Shown: piece after piece, positions 7,554 through 18,658 of the stretch | Layout: each line of letters starts with the position of its first letter | How positions within the stretch are numbered: the first letter of the stretch is position 1 | NCBI GenBank assembly: GCA_002269645.1 | Contig: NIVC01000950.1 | Location: 27,132 to 51,128, forward strand | Length of the DNA stretch: 23,997 nucleotides | DNA from: Macrostomum lignano | Taxonomy: Eukaryota | Direction: 5' to 3' | Notes under the pieces: generated by a model | Databases searched by the model: none | The model's input: the letters and a program-made list of their open reading frames with translations, nothing else | Told to the model about the DNA's origin: nothing | Program-made: the position numbers and the translations under genes

Positions 7554-10403
7554 CAAGCTGTTGAAACCCGCGGATTTTGAACCCGGGGAATTTCAATCCC
7601 TGGAACTATTTTGCATGTACTCATATTCTAAAATCTGAGGTCAAACTCAAACAAAAACTCGTTAATAGTTAGGTAAGAATTAAACATAAAATAGAGTACA
7701 TTCGTAAAAAATTAGGATTTGAGGCAAACATTTATATTGTTGGCTGGGGTGCTCCGAACAGGCAAACTCTGGCCTCTGCCTCTCCTTATGTCCCTTGGAT
7801 CCTTAGAAACTTTGACCTTCTCTTCTGTTTCCTCTCCTCTCTCTCGTCTCTGTCTCTTCTCTCTCTCTCCTCTATCCCCTATTCTCTCGTCTATTCTCTC
7901 TCCCTTCTATTCTTTTATCCCTCCTCTCTACTCTCTCCTCTCTCTCCTCTCATCTCTTCTCTTCTTTCCTCTCTCCTCTCTCCTCTCTTCTATCGTCTCT
8001 TCCCTCACCTCTCTTCTCTCTCGTCTTTGCTCTCTTATCTATCTCTTCTTTCTCTTCTTTTATCTTTTCTCTCTTCTCTTTTCTCATTCTTTCTGCATGT
8101 TCTCTCCTCTCTCTTTCCCTCTCTCTCTCCTCTCTCTCTCCTCTTATCTCTCTGCTCTCTCCTGTCCCATATCTCTTTCTCCTCTAATCTCTCCCCTGTT
8201 TCATCTCCTCTCTCGTCCTTTCTACTCTTTCCCCTGTCCTCTCGTTTCTCTCCCCTCCCCTCCTCTCTCCTCACTCACTTCTCTCTCCCTTTGTCTTACC
8301 TCTCATCTCTTATTTCTATCCTTTTTTCTCTCCACTCTCCCATCTCTCGTCTGTTCACTCTCGTCTCTGGTCTCTCATCTCCCCTCTCTCATCTGCCATC
8401 TTTACTCTCTTATACTCGTATGTTTTCTCACCTCTCTCATCTGTACTCTTCTTTTTCCCCTCTTTTGACTCCTCTCTTTCCTTCTCCTTTTTCCCTTCTC
8501 TTCTCTTCCCTCTTCTATTCTCTCCCTCTCTTGTCTTCTCTCTTCTCTCTTCGCTCTCCTCTCTCCTCTCATATATCGCGTTCACTCTCATCTTTGCTCT
8601 CTACCCCCTCTCTCTTCTGTCATCTTTACTCTCCACTCTCATGTGTACTCTTCTCTTTCCCCTCTACTGAATCCTCTCTTCTTACTCCTCTTCTCTTCCC
8701 TCTTCTATACTCTTCTCTTGTCTCTTTGCACTCTGCTCTCTCTTCCTTCATCTCTCATCTCTACTCTCTCGTCTCCACAATCTCATCTCTTTCCTCTCTC
8801 CTCTTCTTCCCTTTACTCTATCATCTCTCCTTTCTCCTCTCTTCTTTCTCAACTCTCTCTCTCTCTCATCTCTTATCTCCTCTCTTCTCACTCCTCTCTC
8901 CCTCTCTCTCCCCTCCTATCTCCTCTCTGTTCTCTATTCTCTTCTCACTCTTCTCTACTCTCCTCTCTCATCGATCCTCTGTCTCATCTCTCCCCTCTTC
9001 TCTCTTCCTCTTCTCACCTCTACTCTTTCCTCTCCCTCCTGTCTCCCCTCCTCTCGCTTCCTCCTCCCATATTCTCTGCTCTCTCCTCGTCCTCACCCCA
9101 CTCGTCTTTCCTGTTATCTTATATCTTTTCTCTTACCCCCTCTCACCCTTCCTCTCTTTCTAATAGTCTATTCCTTTTCTTTTTTACTCTCATCTGGCCC
9201 GCAGCCATGAGCTGGATTCTTTATCTGGCCTTTGAGTTAAAAATCTACCGATCCCTGCTTTGAAAGCCAGTTTGTGGGACGTCGTACTATCATGGTTATC
9301 ATTTCTTATGCTTTAAACACGTCACCTTTCTGGCCAATTAGCAGCCCTGAGAGGAATTTGTGTATCTCCAGCTCCACCACCACAGTCTGCACTCTGCAGC
9401 AGTCTAACAACCAAGGAAATGCGCATTTCTTAGGAGTCATTTAAATTTTAAAGTTACTCTATGCGAAAATTAATGTTAAAAGCTTCATGGTGTAACTAAT
9501 TTAGTAGGATTGCATTGTAATAAGTTATTCATTAATTTTTCGCTATTTTTATAAACCATCCCACATCGCCTTGATTTGCCATCCTTGTTTAACTGCTGCG
9601 ACTTGTCTATACAGAGGACAGTAGTTTGAATCTCTCGCTAAACTTTCTCCTCTCCACGCCTCTCCACTCGCGGGGGTACAGAGACGGCTATTAAAAAGTT
9701 ATTCCAAAACACTGTACATTTGCTATGTACATTCAGTCCTATCGCCTGACCCTTCGTCTGGCTCTGGGGAATGAGTGAGTGAGTGGCACAAACAACAGAA
9801 AAAGCAGACAAACTTCACATGCTTACAGTTTCTTTTTCGGTTGAGTTACAGAGTTGAAACTTTACATTTAGATAGAGAATGAGTCAATGAAGAATTGTGT
9901 CAAGTTTGAAGTCAATCGCTTTACGTGGAGCAAACTTATGGCAGCTGAAAGTTAGTCAATTTTGAAACCCTTATACACATCTGGGCCCAGATCAGGATCG
10001 GGAAAGAGAGGCAGGCGGGCGGAGGTTGGGGTGGTTGCTACGCTGAAAAAACAGCCTAACTTTAAAAGTGCACAGCACCGCTCAGGATTAACTTTGAGAC
10101 TCGAAATTTTACACAATTGTGCCAAAATAGTTAAAGATTATCTGTGTCAAATTTGAAGAGAATCGGTAGAAGTGGAGCGGCGCTATGGAGGATTAAGTGA
10201 AAAAATCGCGCATTTTGAGCAGTTTTTTGTACTTTTAGGTAGGAAGACTCAAATTTAGGAAATTAAAAGGTAGCCTAAGACATTCTCCGTAGTAAGTTTA
10301 GGGTGGGTGTAAAGTTTGGTGTAATTTGGTTGAGCGGTTTGGGAGTCCATAGCGAAGTAATTTGTCCACAGACAGACAGAGTTTTGATTTTTATAGGTAG
10401 AGA
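7554..10403 (-). mobile_element. Non-autonomous Helitron-like element, 2850 bp
   Basis: On the minus strand it reads A|TCTCTACCTATAAAAATC... with a (TCTG)n tract near the 5' end. The 3' end has a GC hairpin (CCCGGG-TTCAAAAT-CCGCGGG) ~9 nt before CTTG|T. It sits at an AT target with no TSD. Removing it restores one satellite unit (TATATTGGGCA|TAATGGCTC). The terminus is CTTG rather than the canonical CTRR. Confidence 0.75.
7818..9190. repeat. ~1.4-kb pyrimidine-rich (CT-rich) cryptically simple tract inside the Helitron
   Basis: Almost exclusively C/T on the + strand with no single fixed unit. It is the source of the Leu/Ser-rich and Arg/Glu-rich spurious ORFs. Confidence 0.95.
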
Positions 10404-11880
10404 TAATGGCTCAATAATGTTTTGACATGGTAGCTCTTTTATGTTTGATATGGTGGCTCCCTTATGTGTGACATGGTGTCTTTTTTATTTTTAATGTTTG
10501 ACATGGAGTCATATATGTTTGACATGGAGTCATATATGTTTGACATGGAGTCATATATGTTTGACATGGTGGCTCTTTAATGTTTGACATGGAGTCACGT
10601 ATATGTTTGACATGGTGGCTCTTTAATGTTTGACATTGAGTCACGTATATGTTTCACATGATGGCTCTTTTATGTTTGACATGATGGCTCTTTTATGTTT
10701 GACATGGTAGCTCTTTTATATTTTACATGGTGGCTCTTTTATGTTCGACATGGCTGATCTTGAATGTTTGACATGGTGGCTCTTTAATGTTTGACATGGT
10801 GGCTCTTTAATGTTTGACATGGTGGCTCTTTTATGTTTGACATGGTGGCTCCTTAATGTTGAACATGGTGGCTCTTTAATGTTCGACATGGTGGCTCTTT
10901 TATGTTTGACATGATGGCTCTTTTATGTTTGACATGGTAGATCTTTTATGTTTGACATGGTGGCTCTTAAATGTTTGAAATGTTGTCTCTGTTATGTTCG
11001 ACATGGTGTCTCTTGAATGTTTGACATGGTGGCTCTTTAATGTTTGACATGGTGGCTCTTTTATGTTCGACATGGTGGCTCTTTTATGCTCGACATGGTG
11101 GCTCTTTAATGTTTGACATGGTGGCTCTTTAATGTTCAACATGGTGGCTATTTTATGCTCGACATGGTGGCTCTTTTATGTTTGACATGGTGGCTCTTAA
11201 ATGTTTGAAATGTTGTCTCTGTTATGTTCGACATGGTTTCTCTTGAATGTTTGACATGGTGGCTCTTTAATGTTTGACATGGTGGCTCTTTTATGTTTGA
11301 CATGGTGGCTCTTTTATGCTCGACATGGTGGCTCTTTTATGTTTGACATGGTGGCTCTTAAATGTTTGAAATGTTGTCTCTGTTATGTTCGACATGGTGG
11401 CTCTTTTATGTTTGACATGGTAGCTCTTTTATATTTTACTTGGTGGCTCTTTAATGTTTGACATGGTGGCTCTTCAATGTTCAACATGGTGGCTCTTTAA
11501 TGTTCGACATGGTGGCTCTTTAATGTTTGACATGATGGCTCTTTTATGTTTGAAATGTTGTCTCTGTTATGTTTGACATAGTGGCTCTTTAATGTTCGAC
11601 ATGGTGGCTCTTTTATGTTTGACATGATGGCTCTTTTATGTTTGAAATGTTGTCTCTGTTATGTTCGACATGGTGGCTCTTTAATGTTTGACATGGTGGC
11701 TCTTTAATGTTTGACATTGAGTCACGTATATGTTTCACATGGTGGCTCTTTTATGTTTGAAATGGTGGCTCTTTTATGTTTGACATGGTGTCTCTTCTGT
11801 GTTCTACATGGTGGCACTTTTTTTGTTTGGCATGGTGGCTCTTTTATATTTGACATTGCGCTTCTTTTATGTTTAGCATT
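10404..11880. repeat. 22/23-bp satellite, right part, with recurring variant units
   Basis: ATGTTTGACATGGTGGCTCTTT(T)A occurs in tandem. The variant TTTGAAATGTTGTCTCTGTT recurs near 10975, 11205, 11365, 11550 and 11640. Confidence 0.97.
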
Positions 11881-11915
11881 TTGTGTTTTAAAGTGTTTTA
11901 ATAAAAAAATGTTTT

Positions 11916-11986
11916 TGCACTACTAAGATTCGAACCCAGGTCGCTACATTAGCAGTCCAGTCTGTTCCCATCTTGGCTATCTCTTT
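11916..11986 (-). pseudogene. tRNA-derived fragment (tRNA-Ser(GCT)-like pseudogene or SINE head)
   Basis: The minus strand has an A-box-like TAGCCAAGATGG, an anticodon arm TGGACTGCTAAT and a B-box GGTTCGAATC in a T-arm (CTGGG/CTTAG). The acceptor stem does not pair and there is no long variable arm. Confidence 0.5.
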
Positions 11987-12199
11987 TCAATTGGAGAACA
12001 TGTATTGTGGCCCTTATAATTCAATTCTTATAGCAAGTCAGTTAGAGTAAAAAGTTATGACATAATCAATTTCTCAGTCAGCCAGTATCAGTCTCAATTC
12101 AAGTTAGCAATATGGTTACGCAATTACAATCAAGTCTTGTGTGCATTTTTTCGACACTGTTTTCATCTTGTTGTGATGCAATCTTTATCACAATTGAAA

Positions 12200-12470
12200 T
12201 TCAGTCAGTCAGTTTTTTCTTTCGCATTTTTACAATTCATTTCAGGTCGAAAGAGCTGCTTGACCTTTGCAAAAAAGCATGTTTTTCGAATATTTAATCC
12301 CTTTAAAATTGAGCAATTTCTTAGCCAAGATGCATGTACCGTCCCAGGAAAATTTCTGATCAAATGGTGCAAGTTTGAAGAAAATCGGTTGAGCCACTTT
12401 TTCTGAAATCTATCGCATAGCTAGATAGTTACAGACATTTCATTTTTAGTATATATGAAGCTTATAATAT
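12200..12470 (-). mobile_element. Fragment of a second Helitron-like non-autonomous element
   Basis: GTGCAAGTTTGAAGAAAATCGGTTGAGCC and ACAGACATTTCATTTTTAGTATATATGAAG parallel the motifs at 10144-10403 of the first element. The termini are not resolved. Confidence 0.4.
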
Positions 12471-13201
12471 ATATATATATAATGGCAATTAGGCAAGAGT
12501 CTATTCTAAATATTGCTCTAGTTAAATGGGGCTCAATTCTTAAAATGTTAAAAAACTTTTCAAACAATAATCTAGCAAGCTATCAATCAAGGCTGTTTTT
12601 TTCCAGATGCAATCATCCATGGCTGCATATTTCACTTTATACAAGAAATTTGGCAAAAAATCAATTATAAGGCTTTTAGGAATTGTACAAAAATGATAAA
12701 AGAACTTAGCATTTTTGTTATAAGCTAATGGCATTGCCATTTTAAGCCTACCTAGGCCTAGTGAGAAAATTCACAATGTTTTTCAACTATTGAGATCCTC
12801 TATCACTAATTATAATGAGCTATTGCTATAGGAATTGTGTTTATTTTAATATATATACTTACTAGATGACTATGGATCTAGTTTCTGTCAAGTATATAAT
12901 ATATATATATAAATAATGTAGTAACAATCAGTAAAAATATTAAATAAGCTAGATTACAATTTCATATCTATTTATATCCAATTAATCACTAGAATATCTG
13001 GTTATCAAGTTTAATATAGATTGACAATTGTCAATGAGCTTAGTGCCTATAGGCATGCCATATATATAAAATAACTATTAAAGCCAGCACTAGCAAATTA
13101 ATTAATCAGCAAGCATAATATACTAGATTCTAGTTCTATCTCTTGGTATATATCATTTTTTTAGAAAGTTGCCTAATGACTATCAATATATCAATGTGAG
13201 A

Positions 13202-13363
13202 TGCTAATGTAACCTAGGAATTCACCTGGCCATTTCTATTGGCAACACATATAAGTCACTTGGTTCAAATAGCAGTCACATGACTGCTCTTAGCCAATAG
13301 CAACTTACATATATACGTTGCTAATAGAAATGGCTAGGTGATTCCAAAGGTTGCGCATATATA
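13202..13363. mobile_element. Fold-back MITE with 8-bp TSD, related by its right TIR to the CATACATGCGCAAC family
   Basis: TSD ATGTGAGA lies at 13194-13201 and 13364-13371. There are ~40-bp inverted arms (13211-13253 / ~13311-13352), a central palindrome GCAGTCA-CA-TGACTGC, and a right end GGTTGCGCATATATA. Confidence 0.75.
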
Positions 13364-13649
13364 ATGTGAGACTCCTAATATAATACATAGAGCAATTTAG
13401 CAATGTCAGCAAATATATTAGCTTCAAAGACAAGGCAAACTCTAGAAGCTATGGAAGTAATACTATCAAGGAAACAAAACAGCTTTGCAACTACTAGACT
13501 TCTGCAATTTGCTCAATGCTTTTTAAAATAATTATCATAATTCAATATTTTTATAATTATAATAATGACTAAACCATAATCTTCTAGTTTACTGCATTAA
13601 ATTATTTGCCCACTTTCAAAACTTTTCAGCCTACCTACTAACTGCCCAT

Positions 13650-14635
13650 ATGGCCAGGAGGCCTATAGCATTAATTACAATTGTACCTGAGGCCAATTTG
13701 AGGCCTGCAGCTGAGCTTTGCAACATTGATTTAATACTGCATGAGCTGGTGCTGCTCATATTGGATGGCATGGCAACTATGTACTGGCTGGCCACTTACG
13801 AGCTGCTTCTTAACTCCTAGGCTTGCAAACAATGCCTAGATGCTCTGGCCATGCAACTATAACGGCAAGATAGACTCTAGTTTATCAATGGCTATGCCTG
13901 GTCATGCCCTATCTACAAGACATAGGAAGCGATTACAAAGGGTAGCTTCTTTAAGGGCAGCCATCTTATTGTCACCTAGCTGCTAGATTTCATCTACCTT
14001 TGTGTATGCAGCCTACCTATGTATTAGATTGAATGCTAATGTCACATTGCCCGCTAGACTGCCATGGACTAGGCCAATTTCTGTTGCAACATATGCTGCC
14101 AATACTTGTTCAACCATCCCATGGAACTTGGTGGCCCTGTTAATAAGGTAGAGGTAGATAAATAAAAGTTTTTCTGCCGCAAATACCAGCAAGGTTATCA
14201 TGAAGGTCATTGGGTTCTCAGAATGGTGGAATATGGCACCAACAAAGCCATGATGATGCTTGTTCCAAACTGCACTGCTCAAACACTTCTGCCCATTATC
14301 TAGTAGCATATATTTCCTGGCATAAAGATACTGACTGATGGATAGCAGGCTTACAACAGCTTGCAGAATCATGTGGCTCTCAATCACTGACTCCACTTTG
14401 TGGACTCCCACAACCCAACTATTCATACAAACACCATTAAGGGGTCATGGGCACACGTCAAGGCCAAATTCAGGGCAATGCACGCACCAGCGACGCCCTG
14501 TTTAAGATCCACCTAGACTTCAATGAGTACCTATGGCGCCACCTCTTCTTGAAGAAAGAATTTGGAACTTCCTATATTAGGTTGTGCATTATTATTGACA
14601 CTTTGGACTGCTCTCAAATTACTGCCAACTATTGA
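13650..14635 (+). pseudogene. Merlin-superfamily (IS1595/ISXO2-like DDE) transposase pseudogene
   Basis: One frame from ATG 13650 reads ...YWLA..LLLNS*ACKQC..GYAWSCP..GSFFKGSHL..TAMD*ANFC..LGGP..KVEVDK*KF..RKY..GHWVL..VPNCTAQTLLPII**HIFPG..ILTDG*QAYNSL..NH*LHFVD..HTNTIKGSW. After one 1-nt shift at ~14484 it continues ..EYLWR. These are the characteristic Merlin/ISXO2 motifs. There are 14 stops, and the catalytic E has become K (AAG at 14439). Confidence 0.92.
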
Positions 14636-15689
14636 AATATGTAACTTTTCATTTTCTACCCAAAAATAGTTTGACGCAGTAAACTAGGAAATTGCCAACT
14701 AAACTTACTTAAATAGAATGATTAGGCCTGTTTCATTTTATTTTAGTATTTTATATTTATAGACTAGGCCTAGGCCTGTAGTATGTCTTACTTTCAAGTT
14801 TTAAGTAAATGAAAAACAAATATAGGCCTACTTGCTACTAATTAGGCCCTAATATCAATCAAAATCAATTGTCAAATTAAGACTTAGGCCTATGTCTATA
14901 GCTATTTATTAATTATTATATTCATATTGAAGGCTTTTTGTTGAAATTTCTTTCTCTTTTATTGCCAATGTGTGTGAGAATAAGCCATAAGGTCTATTGT
15001 TGACAAAAAATCATTTGTCCAAATTTTTTTGTTAAAATGTCCATTTTTAAAATGTCTTGTTGCTGAAGTGTATGGACATAGTATGGTAGCAAGTAGGCGG
15101 TAGGCCTAGCCATAGATAATTATTTTCTATTTTTATCTAGATCTAGAACTAGAAGAGCAAATAGACTAAAATGTTAGCCTACAAAAGTGGCTTAACTTGC
15201 TCAAAATTATTTTGAATTCAAGTTGAACCAAGCAACTTACCACCACTAAAATTGGACTTGATTTAAAAAAATAGTCATTAAATACAAATTAAGTGAAAAA
15301 TGATTCTAAGAATCTAAGGCCCAATAAACAGGTACAGTAGGCCTAGGCTATATTTTACTATGAATTATTCTCATTAAAACTTAAATGAAACCAATAAAAC
15401 TTTGGTCTTCGATTATGCTATATTACAATATACTGTCCATGGCTTGGCTTACAGTGAATTACAGAAACTCAATAGGTTCGTTTTTGAATGAGCAAAAAAA
15501 TTAATGTACCCCCAGGTGATGTGGTGAAATTATGACAGTTAAAAATGAACGACCCGAACCTGCAAAGTTTTAACCTTTTCATCAAATATTAGAGCATTTA
15601 AAAAATAAAAGTAGATTTACTGTAGATGGCTAACAGTGAAGACCTAAAATATTTTTTTAGTTACTGACTAGAAGCTTTAAATGTTTTTT

Positions 15690-16048
15690 TGACGCTATTT
15701 TTCGCTTCTTCTTTGCAATTTAATTTACAATAGGACGTATTATTATACCGTAACCTGATGCGCATACTTTTATTTTTATTGGACCAACTCAACTCATTAG
15801 ATAATTATGATCAAAATATGTATTTTTATTTGCTTTTTTATTTAAAGTAGCGCCACCATAAATTTTTTTTGGAGGGGGGCGGATTCTGGAGGGTAAAGAG
15901 TAAAGACCCAAAGGCGGAAGGCAGAGACCGGAGAGGGTGGCTCGGCTCTGTAATTTGGTGAAAATTCGCCTGCAACCCCCTTGATTTTTTTCTGGTTTCT
16001 GCCTAAGGAGGGGAAGGGCCCCTAGGGTCCCCCCTGGTTGCACCACTG
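15690..16048. mobile_element. Probable hAT-like MITE remnant (only the right TIR recognised)
   Basis: It ends CCCCCTGGTTGCACCACTG, resembling CAGTGGCGTAGCC-type TIRs, and locally retains CpG. No left TIR or TSD was found. Confidence 0.3.
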
Positions 16049-16181
16049 GCATATTATTAATATGTACTACATAAATTGGAAATTTTATCTAGAAGTTGCA
16101 GTCTCTATGCAACCCCTATGCCTAGTTGTTATGTTATAATTGTATTAGCTTTGTCCAAGCGAATATTGGTGGGACTATTTT

Positions 16182-16359
16182 CAGGGGCGTAGCCAAGGGC
16201 CCCCCCCCATGACCCCCAGCCGGCTAGGGCCTAATCCAGGCCAAATTTTCAGGCCCCCTCCCCCATCGCAGAGGCCTAGCACCCCTGCCCCCAGTTGCTG
16301 CTGTGAGCCTGTGACTGACTGTGACCCCCCCCCAGAAGAAAATCCTGGCTACGCCACTG
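16182..16359. mobile_element. hAT-like MITE, 178 bp
   Basis: TIRs are CAGGGGCGTAGCCA and TGGCTACGCCACTG, with a GC-rich interior. The flanks share only ACTA, so the TSD is imperfect. Confidence 0.65.
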
Positions 16360-17984
16360 ACTAGCCAATTTTTATATACTCAAAGACACAATTTATTTTC
16401 TATTATAGGTTACTAGTAGTATACATATTCACTATCATATAGGCCTAACATGTTGTTTATTTTACCAATTTACTAGGCAGTGATTATGCTATCTGGACAT
16501 GTCCTGTCTAGTTAGTTAGTGAGTCCATGTTCATTACAAGACTATGGAATTGTCTGGTCACTGTAGTGTAGTATTTTGTCCTAAAATAAAAAATATATTT
16601 TGAAAGAAATTTGAAGAATCAAATGTGTACTAGGATATCATGGTTATCTTAGACCTACCCTATTCTTACTTTTTAATAATTTATCAATGACCTTCTTGAA
16701 ATTACAACCTATCCTACTAGCTACTAGCTATCCATTATCCCTTTTGCATCTAGAATAAATGTTGCATCCTAAGAATTTCCAATTAGGCATACCATAGATC
16801 TTAAAAAGTTAACAAATGGGGTTTAGATTGAAATATAAAGTTTAATCCTAAGCCATAATGAATAGGAGCATATAATCATTAGTAACAAAAGGATTTTTGT
16901 GATTTTCTACCTGTTTCTTTTTAATATCATTCCCTGTATATTGTACCATTATATATAGATGGAAGATCTCCCTATGAGTCCCAAATTATTTTATTCGACC
17001 ATATTGAGCAAAAGGCTATCAGGATCATAATGACTCCTTCAAGGTTCAATATACATGTAGCCTTAAGATTCATAGAACTCTTAGGCCCCTAGTAAACTTG
17101 CTTTTGTCCTTAGATTTCTAGAAGTCAAGGCCCTAGTAAACTTTAGTAGCTCCTCCCTCCCTTTGCTGCTCTATAGTTGCACTATGGTATCTATTCTAAC
17201 AACAATTAGCACAGCTTCTCCTTAGGTTTCCTTTTCCTAGAACAGAGCAACAGAAGTGATGCTTTATTCCCACTTACTCTAAATTATAGATTCTCTACTT
17301 ATAGCATTAGCTAGGCCTATTAGGCCATCTAGCCAGGGGTATTAGGCCATCCAGCCAGGGGTATTAGGCCATCCATTTTTAAGAGCCAGATATCTCAAAG
17401 ACTAGGCCTACCTTGATCTTTTTAGGCTTCTTTTTTCTTTGTCTTGTTTTCTTTCCACCTTTTCCCTTTGTTTTATTTCAATTCCTTTGCCTTTTTTCTC
17501 TCCATAACCATGGGACAACCATTGGTGCTTTTGCCATTGGTCTTTGACCACTCCTATAATGAGTCAGATATAATTATAATAGTAATAGTAATAACTTAAA
17601 AATCTTAAAGTTTTATACATGAATCTTGCTTATTATTAAATAATATATTTCTTTTAATTGCCTATCAATCTATCACAAAAATTAAGATTTTTCTTTAGAC
17701 TAAAATGTATAATAAAATGCCAACAAAAGCACTATGCCATTTCTGTTAAACATTTGATAACAAGACTATGAGATGATGTCACTAAACATAACCTTAATCA
17801 TTAATTTAGAATTTTTACATCTTTTGCTTTAATTTCAAATTGCTATTTATCTATATTTATATTTTTCTTATATTTTTACTTTGTTTATAAAAAATATAAG
17901 TCACTGAACCTTAGTCATTTCTTAATCTTTTGGTCTCCTGAAAAATGTGCATGGTATGACAATAGCAGTTTCCAGTGGAGTCCT

Positions 17985-18065
17985 ATGGAACTCTATCTGG
18001 ATGCAGTCTCTTCTTGTCCAGTAAAGAAGAAGTCCCTTTGTGCCAACCTGCAATGGCTTGGCAAG
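17985..18065 (+). CDS. CPLANE1: CPLANE1/JBTS17 homolog, coding exon 1
   Basis: MELYLDAVSSCPVKKKSLCANLQWLGK|GTAATG resembles the recalled vertebrate N-terminus MEIRLEILTSTGIKQKKPWPRVSWLGK. Phase 0. Confidence 0.8.
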
Positions 18066-18152
18066 GTAATGGTTATTGTTGATGAAGATATGGTTTTAAC
18101 AATTTTAGAGTTATTTATTTGATATTACTTGCCAAAATCTTGGTCTCAACAG

Positions 18153-18291
18153 GAAAAGGAAGGTCTATTCTGTCTGAACAAGGATGAAATTGCCACTCTG
18201 ACCTTGCCAACTGGCAAAACCAAGAAGAAAAAGAAGAACTTTGCTGCTTTCTATAAAAGTGAAAATCTTGCATTGAGCACCTTTGCTCAGG
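18153..18291 (+). CDS. CPLANE1: CPLANE1 homolog, exon 2
   Basis: CAACAG|EKEGLFCLNKDEIATLTLPTGKTKKKKKNF...|GTGAGT, similar to EKEAVFLLDDKFINEINLLSGKIKKKIP. Phase 0 to 1. Confidence 0.82.
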
Positions 18292-18541
18292 GTGAGTGAG
18301 TTCTTATTTGTATTCTAGCACAAAGTCTGTTCATAAATTGTCATTTTTGGTCTGTATTACTCAGTGGAGGATGCACAGGTACATGCTCACACAGAGTGTA
18401 CAGAAGCAATGTACTTTCTTATTGACAAGCATGCACACTATTCAATCCTTGTGGATTTTGATATTTTACAATACTAGTTTGAAATGTTCTTAAAAGATTA
18501 TGTGTAAAAATCTCTTTGTCCACCTGTAATCCTATCAACAG

Positions 18542-18658
18542 GCGAATATCTGGCCTCTTTCTGCAGCAATGGTCAAATAGTGATTTATCGTCGCGATTCA
18601 AACGCTGTCCATGTCGTTCCCGGACCATTAGACTCGTCGCACTACAACTCCTTAGAGA
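18542..18658 (+). CDS. CPLANE1: CPLANE1 homolog, exon 3
   Basis: CAACAG|GEYLASFCSNGQIVIYRRDSNAVHVVP...|GTGAGT, similar to AWLAGVLTTGELFLWNKDQDCLKTIP. Phases are consistent (1 to 1). Confidence 0.8.

Noticed and set aside
7719-9263. Leu/Ser-rich ORFs of 206-378 aa and Arg/Glu-rich antisense ORFs
   Set aside because: CT-only sequence lacks stop codons by composition. There is no domain signal.
10462-11926. Short ORFs in the 22/23-bp satellite
   Set aside because: Repeat translations.
13500-14720. Terminal inverted repeats and TSD for the Merlin element; antisense ORF 14013-14426
   Set aside because: No convincing TIR pair could be found by eye. The ORF is the antisense shadow of the transposase.
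17328-17376. Short 22-bp direct repeat (TATTAGGCCATCYAGCCAGGGG, ~2.5 copies)
   Set aside because: Too small to interpret; probably local slippage.
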